Shown piece by piece: positions 29,249-39,096 of a stretch of DNA of 53,170 nucleotides (position 1 is its first letter; each line of letters begins with the position of its first letter). The translations under genes and the position numbers were made by a program. Where the stretch lies: contig JAZUCQ010000007.1 of NCBI GenBank assembly GCA_045639145.1, positions 1 to 53,170 on the forward strand, written 5' to 3'. The notes under the pieces were generated by a model. The model saw only the letters and a list, made by a program, of their open reading frames with translations. It ran no database searches and was not told the origin of the DNA. Origin of the DNA: Clostridia bacterium (GTDB lineage Bacteria > Bacillota > Clostridia > Monoglobales > Monoglobaceae).

Positions 29249-29695
29249 ATGAAGCTTAGTAATCTTATTGAGGATTTTATCAAGGAGCTGATGTCGGAAG
29301 AAAACGGTGCGGTTGAACTGAGGAGAAACGAGCTTGCAAATCGGTTCGGCTGTGTTCCGTCACAAATCAACTATGTTATTTCGACAAGGTTTTCGCCCGA
29401 GAGAGGGTATATTGTAGAAAGCCAGAGAGGCGGCGGCGGATATATAAAAATCACAAGAGTTGTTCCAAAGTCGGGTAACATGATGATGCATATAGTCAAC
29501 TCCATTGGAAACTATCTTTCATACCGTGACGCTTCTGCCATTGTAAGAAATTGTTTTGATTATGATTTAATTACCGAAAATGAGGCAAAGATTATTATAT
29601 CGGCGATAACAGAAAAGTCTCTGCCGTTAAAGCAGCCTGAGCAGGACTATATCAGGGCAGGACTTTTGAAAAATATGCTTATAACTCTTGCATAG
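29249..29695 (+). CDS. ctsR: Class III stress-gene repressor CtsR
   Basis: It has MKLSNLIEDFIKE...RFGCVPSQINYVISTRF...GGGGYIKI, and the ctsR-mcsA-mcsB-clpC synteny. Confidence 0.92.
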   Translation: MKLSNLIEDFIKELMSEENGAVELRRNELANRFGCVPSQINYVISTRFSPERGYIVESQRGGGGYIKITRVVPKSGNMMMHIVNSIGNYLSYRDASAIVRNCFDYDLITENEAKIIISAITEKSLPLKQPEQDYIRAGLLKNMLITLA

Positions 29696-29703
29696 AAGGG
29701 GGA

Positions 29704-29783
29704 CATTAACTTGATAAATCAAGTTAATGCCTCCGGCGGATTTTATTGCGCCGCCGAAAATTTCGCACGGCAAGCGTGCGAAA
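29704..29783. repeat. Three consecutive hairpins inserted between ctsR and mcsA
   Basis: The stems lie at 29704-29729 (12 bp), 29734-29756 (CGGCGG/CCGCCG) and 29761-29783 (TTTCGCACG/CGTGCGAAA). GAAAAT-type flanks resemble the array at 5.7 kb. Confidence 0.55.
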
Positions 29784-29868
29784 CGGCGATGCGCATAATT
29801 TCCATTATACGCCTTATGTGCCCACGATAAGGGTATAATCTTAATAACAAATTGTGGGCAGAAAGGCT

Positions 29869-30381
29869 ATGGAAATTATTATGAAATGTGATAACTGCGG
29901 AAAAAAAGAAGCCACAACACATATAACAAAGGTAGTAAACGGTTATAAGGAGGAGTTTTATCTCTGTCCCGAATGTGCCGCCAAGTCTACAGACTACAAA
30001 GAAATGAAGGAAACGATGAGCTTTGGAATAGGCGACTTTCTGACGGGGATGTTTACGGGGGCAGGCAAGCAAAACGAGACCGCTGACATATGCCCTACCT
30101 GTCATATGTCTTACAATAATTTTGTAAAGTCCGGCAAGCTTGGCTGCGGAGACTGCTACACAGCATTTGCAGACCGCATTGCACGGCCGCTCAGACAAAT
30201 TCACGGAAAAGCCGACCATGTCGGAAAAATTCCGCATCGCGGCGGCGACGAGCTGATTTTGGACAAAAAGATTTCGGTTCTTGAGGCAGAGCTGAGCCAG
30301 GCAGTACTCAGGCAGGATTTTGAAACTGCCGCAACCTTAAGAGACGAGATTATAGCCATCAAGGCTAAAAAGGAGGCGTAA
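29869..30381 (+). CDS. mcsA: McsA (zinc-finger and UVR-domain activator of McsB)
   Basis: It has CDNCG...CPEC, CPTC...CGDC and a C-terminal UVR motif. The start is ambiguous (29869 or 29881). Confidence 0.85.
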   Translation: MEIIMKCDNCGKKEATTHITKVVNGYKEEFYLCPECAAKSTDYKEMKETMSFGIGDFLTGMFTGAGKQNETADICPTCHMSYNNFVKSGKLGCGDCYTAFADRIARPLRQIHGKADHVGKIPHRGGDELILDKKISVLEAELSQAVLRQDFETAATLRDEIIAIKAKKEA

Positions 30382-30384
30382 TCT

Positions 30385-31389
30385 ATGTGGTACACAGAAT
30401 GTGGAAAAGACAGTGATGTTATCTTGTCAAGCCGTGTTCGGCTTGCGAGAAACCTAAAGGGTATTCCCTTCCCCGAAAGGGCAGACGCAGATGCACAGCA
30501 AAAAGTAATTGACATATGCAGTGCGGCGGTCAAGGATTGCGACATAAGGCTCAAGCTTATTGACATAGGGGCAATGAAGGACTACGAAAAGCAAGCGATT
30601 GCAGAACAGCATATCATAAGTCCTCAGATGATTGACAGCAGCATAAAAAGAGCGGTTTTACTCAGCGATGACAGTTCAATGAGCGTTATGATAAACGAGG
30701 AGGACCATCTCCGCATACAATGTATGGCATCAGGCTTTGCTCTTTCGGAATGTTTTAAGAACGCCAACAGAATTGATGATATAATCGAAGCCTCTGCCGA
30801 TTACGCCTTTGACAGCCGTCTGGGTTACCTCACCTGTTGCCCGACAAATCTTGGTACTGGTATGCGTGCATCGGTTATGGTTCATCTGCCTGCTCTTACC
30901 GCAAGCGGAAACATAAACAGCGTTATTGATTCTCTCTCGCAACTTGGAATGACGGTTCGCGGAATTTTCGGCGAAGGCTCTAAAGCGACGGGAAACATAT
31001 ATCAGATTTCTAACCAGCTGACGCTCGGCGAAACGGAAGAAAATATATTAGAAAGATTTTCTCAGATTATAGCCGAGATAATTGAAAAAGAAAGAAATCT
31101 GAGACAGAGGATATACAAGGCAGACAAATACCGCATTGAGGATAAGCTGATGCGCTCGTTCGGTATTCTGACAAACGCGGTTATACTCTCATCAAGCGAG
31201 GCAATGAGCCGTCTTTCTGATGTTCGGTTTGCCGTAGAGCTTGGTATAATATCAAATGTAGATTTGCAAAAGCTCAACTGTGCGATGTATGAGGTTTTGC
31301 CTGCAAACATTGTTAAAAACCATAATGTAACAGACCCGACAGAGCGGGATTTGAAACGCGCAGAATTGATAAAGGAAATTTTGTTGTAG
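30385..31389 (+). CDS. mcsB: Protein arginine kinase McsB
   Basis: 334 aa with an ATP:guanido phosphotransferase domain (CPTNLGTGMRASVM). Confidence 0.93.
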   Translation: MWYTECGKDSDVILSSRVRLARNLKGIPFPERADADAQQKVIDICSAAVKDCDIRLKLIDIGAMKDYEKQAIAEQHIISPQMIDSSIKRAVLLSDDSSMSVMINEEDHLRIQCMASGFALSECFKNANRIDDIIEASADYAFDSRLGYLTCCPTNLGTGMRASVMVHLPALTASGNINSVIDSLSQLGMTVRGIFGEGSKATGNIYQISNQLTLGETEENILERFSQIIAEIIEKERNLRQRIYKADKYRIEDKLMRSFGILTNAVILSSSEAMSRLSDVRFAVELGIISNVDLQKLNCAMYEVLPANIVKNHNVTDPTERDLKRAELIKEILL

Positions 31390-31406
31390 AGAAAGGAGAT
31401 AAATCT

Positions 31407-33848
31407 ATGAATGACAGACTTACAGAGCGTGCAAAGCAAGCATTAAATTTCGCTGCGGATGCGGCACTTGATATGGGGCAAAACTATGTTGGAACAGAGC
31501 ATCTGCTTATAGGACTTATACGGGAGAGCGAAGGTGTTGCCGGTAAAATTCTTGAGGCAAACAATGTCAGCGCAGACACCGTTACCGAAAAAATTTCCGC
31601 CCTTATCGGAACGGGCGAACCACTCTCGGGAGGTCAGCCCGAGGCTACCCCGAGAACAAAAAGAGTTATCCAGAACAGCTATATCGAAGCAAGACGGCTC
31701 GGGCATAATTATGTCGGAACAGAGCATCTTCTCATTGCAACGCTGAGAGAAAACGAAAGTATCGCGGTAAAAATTCTGCTCGAGATGGGCGTGTCTCCCC
31801 AAAAGCTGTATAACGAAATTCTTGCACTTTTAAACGAGAGTGACGCGGCTGAACCGGGAGAAGGCAAAAGCGATAAATCCAAGGGTAGCGGTAATGTGCC
31901 GACACTTATGAAGTTTGGCAGAGACCTTACCAAAATGGCAAGCGAGGATAAGCTTGACCCCGTAATCGGCAGAGATGATGCAATCGAGAGAGTTGTTCAA
32001 ATTCTCAGCCGCAGAACCAAAAACAACCCTTGCCTTATCGGTGAACCGGGTGTCGGCAAGACAGCGGTTGCCGAGGGACTTGCACAAAAAATTGTGTCGG
32101 GTGCAGTTCCCGAAATTCTCAAAAACAAAAAAGTAATTACCCTTGATATGTCATCAATGATAGCAGGGGCGAAATACAGAGGCGAATTTGAGGAGCGTCT
32201 CAAAAAGGCTATGGAGGAAATTCACAAGGCAGGCAACATAATTCTCTTTATAGATGAGATGCACACCATTATCGGTGCAGGTGCAGCTGAGGGTGCAATA
32301 GACGCGGCGAATATATTAAAGCCGGCGCTGGCACGCGGCGAGCTTCAGGTAATCGGTGCGACAACCCTTGAAGAATACAGAAAGTATATTGAAAAAGATG
32401 CGGCTTTAGAGAGAAGATTTCAGCCGATAACTCTTGACGAACCAACCGCGGCAGAGAGTATACAGATATTAAAGGGTATCCGCGACAAGTACGAGGCACA
32501 CCACCGTGTAAAGATTACAGATAAGGCAATCGAAGCGGCGGTTAATATGTCGGTCAGATATATTTCCGACAGATTTTTGCCCGACAAGGCAATCGACCTT
32601 GTAGACGAGGCGGCATCAAGAATACGCCTTAAAACCCTGACCGCTCCGCCTGATGTAAAGGATTTGGAAAACAAAATTGCCTCGCTCAAAAAGGAAAAAG
32701 AGGCGGCAATAACAATTCAGGATTACGAAAAGGCGGCAAAGCTCCGCGACGAGGAAAAGGCTCTCACAGAGGAGCTTACCTCAACCAAGGAAAATTGGCA
32801 CAAGAACAACAGTACCGCCGAGGCAGTTGTAACCGAAAGCGAGATTGCAGAGATTATTTCTATGTGGACAGGTGTTCCCGTAAAGGCAATCGAGGAAACC
32901 GAGAGCGACCGTCTGTTAAAGCTTGAAGAAATTCTTCATACCAGAGTAATCGGTCAGTCAGAGGCAGTGTCTGCCGTTTCAAAGGCTATCCGCAGAGGAA
33001 GGGTAGGACTTAAAGACCCCAAGCGTCCGATAGGCTCATTCATCTTTTTAGGTCCGACAGGTGTCGGCAAGACCGAGCTTTCAAAGGCACTTGCCGAGGC
33101 AATGTTCGGTGACGAGGACTCAATGATAAGGATTGATATGTCCGAGTACATGGAAAAACACACGGTTTCCCGTCTTGTAGGCTCTCCCCCCGGATATGTC
33201 GGATATGAAGAAGGCGGTCAGCTTACCGAAAAGGTTCGCAGAAAGCCGTATTCGGTAATTCTGTTTGACGAGATAGAAAAGGCACACCCCGATGTGTTCA
33301 ACATGCTTCTTCAGATTTTGGAGGACGGAATTCTTACCGATTCGCAGGGAAGAAGGGTTGACTTCCGCAACACGGTAATCATTATGACCTCAAATCTGGG
33401 TGCACGCAGAATTACTGAACAGCAAAAGAGTCTCGGCTTTTCTGCAGGAGACGCAAATCCCGAGCGTGACTACGAGCAGATTAAATCCGAGGTTATGAGT
33501 GAGGTAAAGCAAGCCTTCCGTCCCGAGTTTTTGAACCGTATTGACGAGCTTATTGTATTCCATCAGCTAAACGCTGAGGACATAAGAAGTATAGCCGAGA
33601 AGATGCTTGAAACTTTAAAATCAAGGCTCTCGGATAACAAAATTGAGGCTGAATTTACTGATGATGCAATCGCAAAGATTGCGGCAGAGGGCTTTGACCC
33701 CGTATATGGCGCCCGTCCGATAAGACGCGTTATACAATCGGGTGTCGAGGATATGATAGCCGAAAAGATGCTCGACGGTACAATTTCCGCCGGAAGCAAG
33801 ATATCCATCACGGTCACCGACGGCAAATTTGATTGCAAAACAGAATAA
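31407..33848 (+). CDS. clpC: ATP-dependent Clp protease ATP-binding subunit ClpC
   Basis: 813 aa with Clp-N repeats, two AAA+ modules (GEPGVGKTA and GPTGVGKTE) and a UVR linker. Confidence 0.95.
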   Translation: MNDRLTERAKQALNFAADAALDMGQNYVGTEHLLIGLIRESEGVAGKILEANNVSADTVTEKISALIGTGEPLSGGQPEATPRTKRVIQNSYIEARRLGHNYVGTEHLLIATLRENESIAVKILLEMGVSPQKLYNEILALLNESDAAEPGEGKSDKSKGSGNVPTLMKFGRDLTKMASEDKLDPVIGRDDAIERVVQILSRRTKNNPCLIGEPGVGKTAVAEGLAQKIVSGAVPEILKNKKVITLDMSSMIAGAKYRGEFEERLKKAMEEIHKAGNIILFIDEMHTIIGAGAAEGAIDAANILKPALARGELQVIGATTLEEYRKYIEKDAALERRFQPITLDEPTAAESIQILKGIRDKYEAHHRVKITDKAIEAAVNMSVRYISDRFLPDKAIDLVDEAASRIRLKTLTAPPDVKDLENKIASLKKEKEAAITIQDYEKAAKLRDEEKALTEELTSTKENWHKNNSTAEAVVTESEIAEIISMWTGVPVKAIEETESDRLLKLEEILHTRVIGQSEAVSAVSKAIRRGRVGLKDPKRPIGSFIFLGPTGVGKTELSKALAEAMFGDEDSMIRIDMSEYMEKHTVSRLVGSPPGYVGYEEGGQLTEKVRRKPYSVILFDEIEKAHPDVFNMLLQILEDGILTDSQGRRVDFRNTVIIMTSNLGARRITEQQKSLGFSAGDANPERDYEQIKSEVMSEVKQAFRPEFLNRIDELIVFHQLNAEDIRSIAEKMLETLKSRLSDNKIEAEFTDDAIAKIAAEGFDPVYGARPIRRVIQSGVEDMIAEKMLDGTISAGSKISITVTDGKFDCKTE

Positions 33849-33852
33849 AAAT

Positions 33853-33882
33853 AAGCATACCGCTGCACGCAGCGGTATGCTT
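33853..33882 (+). terminator. clpC operon terminator hairpin
   Basis: A 13-bp stem AAGCATACCGCTG / CAGCGGTATGCTT. The U-tract is weak. Confidence 0.6.
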
Positions 33883-33974
33883 AGACTATTAAAAAGCCAA
33901 CTCAAATGAGGTAATTTTTTAATTCAAAATGGTTAAAATTATTTTATCTAAGTATTTGAGGAGATTTAAAGAAA

Positions 33975-34388
33975 TTGTTATCTAAAATAATCGTAGGGAC
34001 AGGCGTCCTCGACTGTCCGCAAAACATATTAACAGGTTACGGCGAAATTGCAAACAAACACCTTGTCAATATGAATAATTTTTATGATAACATTAAAATA
34101 GACAAATATGTTATTATGCCAAATCATATTCATTTATTAATTCAAATATTAGAAACAGCCAAACCAAACGGACCGTCGGGGACGCCGGTCCCTACAAATT
34201 CGTTAATTTCTAAATTTGTCAGCACATTCAAAAGATTTTTCAACAAAGAATATGGTAAAAACATATGGCAAGGTCGTTCCAACGACCACATACTCCGTGG
34301 AGAAAAAGATTATCAAAAGATATGGGAATATATTGATACAAATGTGATAATGTGGGAAAAAGATTGTTTTTATAATGTTAATATTTAA
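33975..34388 (+). CDS. RAYT-like / IS200-family HUH (Y1) transposase homolog, probably 5'-truncated
   Basis: It has the HUH motif in VIMPNHIHLLI and a C-terminal tyrosine region (YQKIWEYIDTN..W). The usual N-terminal beta-strand region is absent, and the ORF opens on a TTG with no good RBS. Confidence 0.65.
   Translation: MLSKIIVGTGVLDCPQNILTGYGEIANKHLVNMNNFYDNIKIDKYVIMPNHIHLLIQILETAKPNGPSGTPVPTNSLISKFVSTFKRFFNKEYGKNIWQGRSNDHILRGEKDYQKIWEYIDTNVIMWEKDCFYNVNI
33993..34018 (+). repeat. REP-like unit: GTAG plus a 6-bp stem and 10-nt loop, inside the RAYT-like ORF
   Basis: GTAG-GGACAG-GCGTCCTCGA-CTGTCC. Confidence 0.65.
34170..34195 (-). repeat. REP-like unit, an inverted copy of 33993-34018 with compensatory stem changes
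   Basis: The reverse complement reads GTAG-GGACCG-GCGTCCCCGA-CGGTCC. Confidence 0.65.
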
Positions 34389-34392
34389 AGCG

Positions 34393-34411
34393 GTGTGTTG
34401 CCACACTCTAC
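34393..34411 (-). repeat. Short GTAG-flanked hairpin just 3' of the RAYT-like gene
   Basis: The reverse complement reads GTAG-A-GTGTG-GCAA-CACAC. Confidence 0.35.
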
Positions 34412-34443
34412 AAAAAACAGGTTCAAAATTGAACCTGTTTTTT
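34412..34443. terminator. Bidirectional terminator
   Basis: ACAGGTTCA-AAAT-TGAACCTGT flanked by an A-run and a T-run. Confidence 0.8.
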
Positions 34444-36094
34444 ATGCCTTATTAAAACTAATTGTTACTTTTGTTCCTTTGCCCTCGGTGCTCTCAAGGC
34501 TCACATCTGCATTATGGTACATAGCACCATGCTTTACGATTGCAAGACCAAGACCCGTTCCGCCAATTTTTTTGGAGTGGCTTTTGTCAACTCTGTAAAA
34601 GCGTGCAAATACTCTCTGCTGCTCCAAAAGCGGAATACCGATACCCGTATCTCTTACGATTACATTTACCTTTGTTTCGGTAGTGTTTATAATTATATCA
34701 ACGCTGCCGTTTTCCTTATTGTATTTTATTCCGTTGTCACAGAGGTTGTAAATCATCTCGTCGATAATCTTTTCCGCTCCGAAAACCGTTACCGATTCAC
34801 CGATAATGTTGAGGCTTACATTTTTGGATTTAGCGGCAGGCTCGAGCCTTTCCAATATTTCACTTGATACTCTGTACAGGTCAACCTGCTCGTTTTCATA
34901 AGGAATACTCTTCTCGTCAAGCTCCGAAATCTTAATAATATCATTGACAAGCGTTATAAGCCTTTGTGCTTCGCTATAGATTGACGCGGAGAAATCCACA
35001 ACGGTTTCATCAGGCGTGCCGCCATTTTTCATAAGCTCTGCAAATCCCGAAATAGATGTAAGCGGAGTTTTCAGCTCGTGAGATACATTTGCCGTAAACT
35101 CGCGGCGAAGTGCTTCTCTGTTTTCGCTCTCGGTTACATCAATAATGATAATCACTGCACCTATAATACTATTTTCATCAAATACAGGGTTTGCAATTAA
35201 GCGATAGGTCAGTTCATCATAAACCATGGTATGCTTTGATTTTTCGCCCGACAATGCCTTTTCGATTACTTCTCTGAAGTCCTTAACTCTGCACAAAGTA
35301 AGTACACTTCCGCCTGATGCCTTTTCAATCCCGAGAAGTCTGAGTGCCGCCGAATTATGCGTTAAAAGATTGGTGTTTTTGTCAATCAGCAAAAATCCTT
35401 CGCTCATGTTTTCTGTAATCAGATTAAATTCCTCTCTTTGCTTTACGGCTTCGTTTAACTGATTTGTAATTGTTCTTTTCTGTTCCGTAAGCTTTCTCAG
35501 GAGCGGAGATAACTCCTCATATACTTCGTTATTTTCGGGGTTTTCCAAGTCAAGGCTGTTTATAGGCTTTATTATAGCCTTTGAAACTCTTGCCGAGAGA
35601 AAAAAGCACAACATAAGCGCCAATACAATCACGATAATTATCGGCTGCATAAGACCGAGTAAAATAGTTACAACTGTATATTGTCTTGTGGACACTCTTA
35701 AAATATAATTATCAAGCTTTACCGCATAATAAATCGTTTTTTCGGTAAGCGTATTTGAATATCTGGAGCTTTTCCCTGTTCCCGACGCAAGTGCCTCTTT
35801 GATTTCCTCGCGGTCTGCGTGGTTGTCAAGCTCGGCTGCTCCTGCGTCTGTATCATAAAGGACATTGCCATAAAAATCTATAACGGTTATTCTCTTGCCC
35901 TCTGCTCTAAAACCGTCAAAGTATTCTATACCTTCCGCCTCGATTGCGTGTGCAATATAGCTTGCCTCGCTGCTGAGTTCTGCCTCTATCTGCTTTTCAA
36001 AAAAATCAAAAAGTATGCCTATAATCAACACAACTGTGGTAATCAGCACAAACAAAGCCGTAAAAAAGGAAGAACGAAAAATCTTACTATTCAT
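34442..36094 (-). CDS. phoR: Phosphate-regulon sensor histidine kinase (PhoR-like)
   Basis: 550 aa with two TM segments, a PAS-like region, an H-box (FTANVSHELKTPLTS) and N/G boxes. It is in the pst-phoU context. Confidence 0.8.
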   Translation of the reverse strand: MNSKIFRSSFFTALFVLITTVVLIIGILFDFFEKQIEAELSSEASYIAHAIEAEGIEYFDGFRAEGKRITVIDFYGNVLYDTDAGAAELDNHADREEIKEALASGTGKSSRYSNTLTEKTIYYAVKLDNYILRVSTRQYTVVTILLGLMQPIIIVIVLALMLCFFLSARVSKAIIKPINSLDLENPENNEVYEELSPLLRKLTEQKRTITNQLNEAVKQREEFNLITENMSEGFLLIDKNTNLLTHNSAALRLLGIEKASGGSVLTLCRVKDFREVIEKALSGEKSKHTMVYDELTYRLIANPVFDENSIIGAVIIIIDVTESENREALRREFTANVSHELKTPLTSISGFAELMKNGGTPDETVVDFSASIYSEAQRLITLVNDIIKISELDEKSIPYENEQVDLYRVSSEILERLEPAAKSKNVSLNIIGESVTVFGAEKIIDEMIYNLCDNGIKYNKENGSVDIIINTTETKVNVIVRDTGIGIPLLEQQRVFARFYRVDKSHSKKIGGTGLGLAIVKHGAMYHNADVSLESTEGKGTKVTISFNKA

Positions 36095-36767
36095 CTTCGC
36101 AGCCTCCTATCTTGTAGCCGATGCCTTTTACGGTTTTTATCAGGCTTCCTGCTGTGCCAAGCTTAACCCTAAGCTTTCTGATATGAACATCAAGCGTTCG
36201 CGATTCATCGTAAAACTCACCCCATACTTTTGCAAGCAGAGTGTCACGCTCTACAACATTTCCGTCAGCTTCAAGCAGTACCATAAGCAAGGAATACTCT
36301 TTGTACGAAAGCTCTATCGGCACGCCTTCAACCTTTATAATGTGCTTTGCGGGATTGACATGGAGATTTTCGAGCATATATATTTTTTGTGTGTCTTTGG
36401 TCTTTTCGTATCTCCTGAGAACAGCCTTAACACGGGATATAAGCTCCGTCATACCGAAAGGCTTTGCTATGTAATCGTCTGCCCCCATATCAAGTCCTGT
36501 CACCTTGTCAAACTCACTGCCTTTGGCAGTAAGCATTATGACAGGAACATTTTTGGTGTCAGTATGCGATTGTAATTTATTTAATATTGACAACCCGTCC
36601 TCGTCAGGGAGCATAATATCAAGCAAAATCAAAGACGGCAATTCCTTTTTTATTTCATTCCAAAATTCGTTCGGAACAGCAAATCCCTTAACCTCAAAGC
36701 CTTCTTTTGATAAGGCATAGCTGACAAGCTTGCGGATATTGTCATCATCTTCAACCAGGTAAATCAC
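36087..36767 (-). CDS. phoP: OmpR-family response regulator (PhoP/PhoB-like)
   Basis: It has a receiver domain (LVEDDD...LLDIMLP) and a winged-helix C-terminus. The start is the GTG at 36767 after AGGAGG. Confidence 0.8.
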   Translation of the reverse strand: MIYLVEDDDNIRKLVSYALSKEGFEVKGFAVPNEFWNEIKKELPSLILLDIMLPDEDGLSILNKLQSHTDTKNVPVIMLTAKGSEFDKVTGLDMGADDYIAKPFGMTELISRVKAVLRRYEKTKDTQKIYMLENLHVNPAKHIIKVEGVPIELSYKEYSLLMVLLEADGNVVERDTLLAKVWGEFYDESRTLDVHIRKLRVKLGTAGSLIKTVKGIGYKIGGCEDE

Positions 36768-36853
36768 ACAGATCACCTCCTAACTTAATGCTATTATACA
36801 TCTCTTTCGCATATTTTTCAAGAAATCATAATATTTTCAGCATATTAAATAAC

Positions 36854-37492
36854 CTATGCGTGTTTGCCCGTTATGGAATATATTACCCATTCAGCAATAT
36901 TTTCTGCGTGGTCGCCTATGCGTTCAAAGTATTTTGCAATCATAAGCAAATCAATGAGCGTTTCTGCATTATCTTTATTTTCGGCGATTGCACCGATAAG
37001 CTCCTCCTTAATCTCATCAAACAATCCGTCAACAATATCATCATGCAAAATAGCTTCTTTTGCAAGGGTAGCATCATTTTTTACAAATGAGTCTATGCTG
37101 TCTGTAACCATTTTAATGGTCGCATCTGCCATGTCGGTTATATGCGTTTTCTTTTCTATTCCGCTGTTGGCAATAAAGGGTGCTATTTCTACAATATCAG
37201 ACGCTTGGTCGCCAATTCGCTCCATATCCGAAATCATCTTAAGTGCCGAGGATATGACCCTTAAATCTCTTGCGACAGGCTGCTGCTGAAGGAGCAGCTT
37301 CATACAAAGTGCTTCTATATCCCTCTCTTTTTGGTCTATCTGCCTGTCAGCCTCAATACAGGAATTTTTCATCTCCTCATTATTGTCAGTAAGACATTTT
37401 ACTGCACAAGATATCGCCTCTTCACACAATGCTCCCATTGTAATAAGCTCTTTATTAAGCTCTGCTAACTGCTCGTCAAATCTGTTACGCAT
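36854..37492 (-). CDS. phoU: Phosphate signalling complex protein PhoU
   Basis: 212 aa with two PhoU repeats (ERIGD.A.. appears twice). Confidence 0.92.
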   Translation of the reverse strand: MRNRFDEQLAELNKELITMGALCEEAISCAVKCLTDNNEEMKNSCIEADRQIDQKERDIEALCMKLLLQQQPVARDLRVISSALKMISDMERIGDQASDIVEIAPFIANSGIEKKTHITDMADATIKMVTDSIDSFVKNDATLAKEAILHDDIVDGLFDEIKEELIGAIAENKDNAETLIDLLMIAKYFERIGDHAENIAEWVIYSITGKHA

Positions 37493-38241
37493 TACCCAAA
37501 CCTCCCTGTTATATAATCCTCTGTTTTCTTGTTTGCAGGTGACGAGAACATCTTTTCTGTATCAGAAAATTCAATCAGTTCCCCAAGCAGGAAGAAGGCG
37601 GTTTCATCTGCAATTCTTACCGCTTGCTGCATGTTATGTGTTACTATAACGATTGTGTAGTCCTTTTTAAGTTCGAGTGCCAAATCCTCAATCTTTGAGG
37701 TTGAAATCGGGTCGAGTGCCGAGGTTGGCTCGTCCATTAAAAGTATTTCAGGCTCAACGGCTAATGCTCTTGCTATACAAAGTCTCTGCTGCTGACCGCC
37801 CGACATTCCCAGGGCACTCTTTTTAAGTCTGTCTTTGCATTCGTCCCAAATGGCAGCCTGCCTGAGTGAACGCTCAACGATTTCGTCAAGCATTCCCTTT
37901 GATTTTATGCCATGAACCCGAGGGCCGTACGCGATATTATCGTAAATGCTCATGGGGAATGGATTAGGTTTTTGAAAGACCATACCGATACGCTTTCTCA
38001 AATCATTTACATCAATATCTTTGTAAACATCAATACCGTCAAATGTAATATCGCCTTCGATACGGCAGCTCTCAACCAAATCATTCATACGGTTAAGTGT
38101 TTTTAAGAAGGTCGATTTTCCGCAGCCTGACGGACCGATAAGGGCGGTGATTTCTTTTTCGGAAATATCTAAGTTTATATTTTTAAGAGCCTGATTTTGC
38201 CCATACCATAAATTTAAGTTTTTAGCTGAAATTATACTCAT
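37492..38241 (-). CDS. pstB: Phosphate ABC transporter ATP-binding protein PstB
   Basis: It has Walker [10 protein letters not shown], the signature SGGQQQR and Walker B LLMDEP. Confidence 0.95.
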   Translation of the reverse strand: MSIISAKNLNLWYGQNQALKNINLDISEKEITALIGPSGCGKSTFLKTLNRMNDLVESCRIEGDITFDGIDVYKDIDVNDLRKRIGMVFQKPNPFPMSIYDNIAYGPRVHGIKSKGMLDEIVERSLRQAAIWDECKDRLKKSALGMSGGQQQRLCIARALAVEPEILLMDEPTSALDPISTSKIEDLALELKKDYTIVIVTHNMQQAVRIADETAFFLLGELIEFSDTEKMFSSPANKKTEDYITGRFG

Positions 38242-38244
38242 ATT

Positions 38245-39096
38245 CTAACCTCTTTTCTGCTTTAGCCATTTAGCCGCATATTTTGCAAGTATGTTTATAG
38301 CAAAAGTAAGAATTAAAAGGATTGCAGCAATCGCAAATGCAACATCAAACTCGCCGCGTTCCTTTGCATACATATACAGGGCAACCGTAAGCGAAGAGCC
38401 TGCATTGCCCGGAGCCGCCGCCTGTGTAATTCCTAAAATTTCGTTTGCCATTCCTGCTGTGAAAAGCAGAGCGGCACTCTCGCCGACAATTCTGCCGACA
38501 GATAAGATACAGCCCGTCACAACTCCGTCAATGGCAGACGGCAATACAACCGTGCGTATCATATACCATTTTCCTGCACCAAGCGCCAGGGAGCCTTCGC
38601 GGTAGCCGCTTGGCACAGTTTTAAGACTTTCCTGCGTTGTACGGATTATGGTCGGCAATGTCATTATAACAAGCGTGAGAGAGCCTGCAATAAGGCTTGT
38701 TCCAAGTGAGAAAAACTGAACAAATACAAGCATACCCACCAATCCGTAAATAATCGAGGGTATTCCTGATAAGGTTTCGGTTGCAAGCTCTATAATGCGT
38801 ACCAATTTTTTGCTCGTGGCATATTCGTTGAGGTAAATTGCAGCACCTACACCTAAAGGCAGCACAAGAACCAAAGTCATCAGGATAATATATGCTGTAT
38901 TTAATATGTTTGGCAGTATTCCGATTGTGTCGCGGATAAGACTCGGCTTGGTGCTTAAAAATTCCCAAGAGATGCTTCCTGCTCCGCGATAAAAGATGTA
39001 ACCGATTATACCTATAAGAAGTGCGGCAATAATTCCTGCCGATAAGTACATCAAAATATTTAAAATCAAATCATTTATTTTTCTTCTCTTATTCAT
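38245..39096 (-). CDS. pstA: Phosphate ABC transporter permease PstA
   Basis: It is a polytopic permease with an EAA-type loop (EGSLALGAGKW). The start is the ATG at 39096, overlapping the pstC stop by 8 nt. Confidence 0.9.
   Translation of the reverse strand: MNKRRKINDLILNILMYLSAGIIAALLIGIIGYIFYRGAGSISWEFLSTKPSLIRDTIGILPNILNTAYIILMTLVLVLPLGVGAAIYLNEYATSKKLVRIIELATETLSGIPSIIYGLVGMLVFVQFFSLGTSLIAGSLTLVIMTLPTIIRTTQESLKTVPSGYREGSLALGAGKWYMIRTVVLPSAIDGVVTGCILSVGRIVGESAALLFTAGMANEILGITQAAAPGNAGSSLTVALYMYAKERGEFDVAFAIAAILLILTFAINILAKYAAKWLKQKRG

Noticed and set aside
33929-33985. Short upstream ORF (MVKIILSKYLRRFKEIVI) as a frameshifted N-terminus of the RAYT-like gene
   Set aside because: It has no RBS and does not resemble the expected N-terminal strand of the family. 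Truncation is a simpler explanation than a frameshift.
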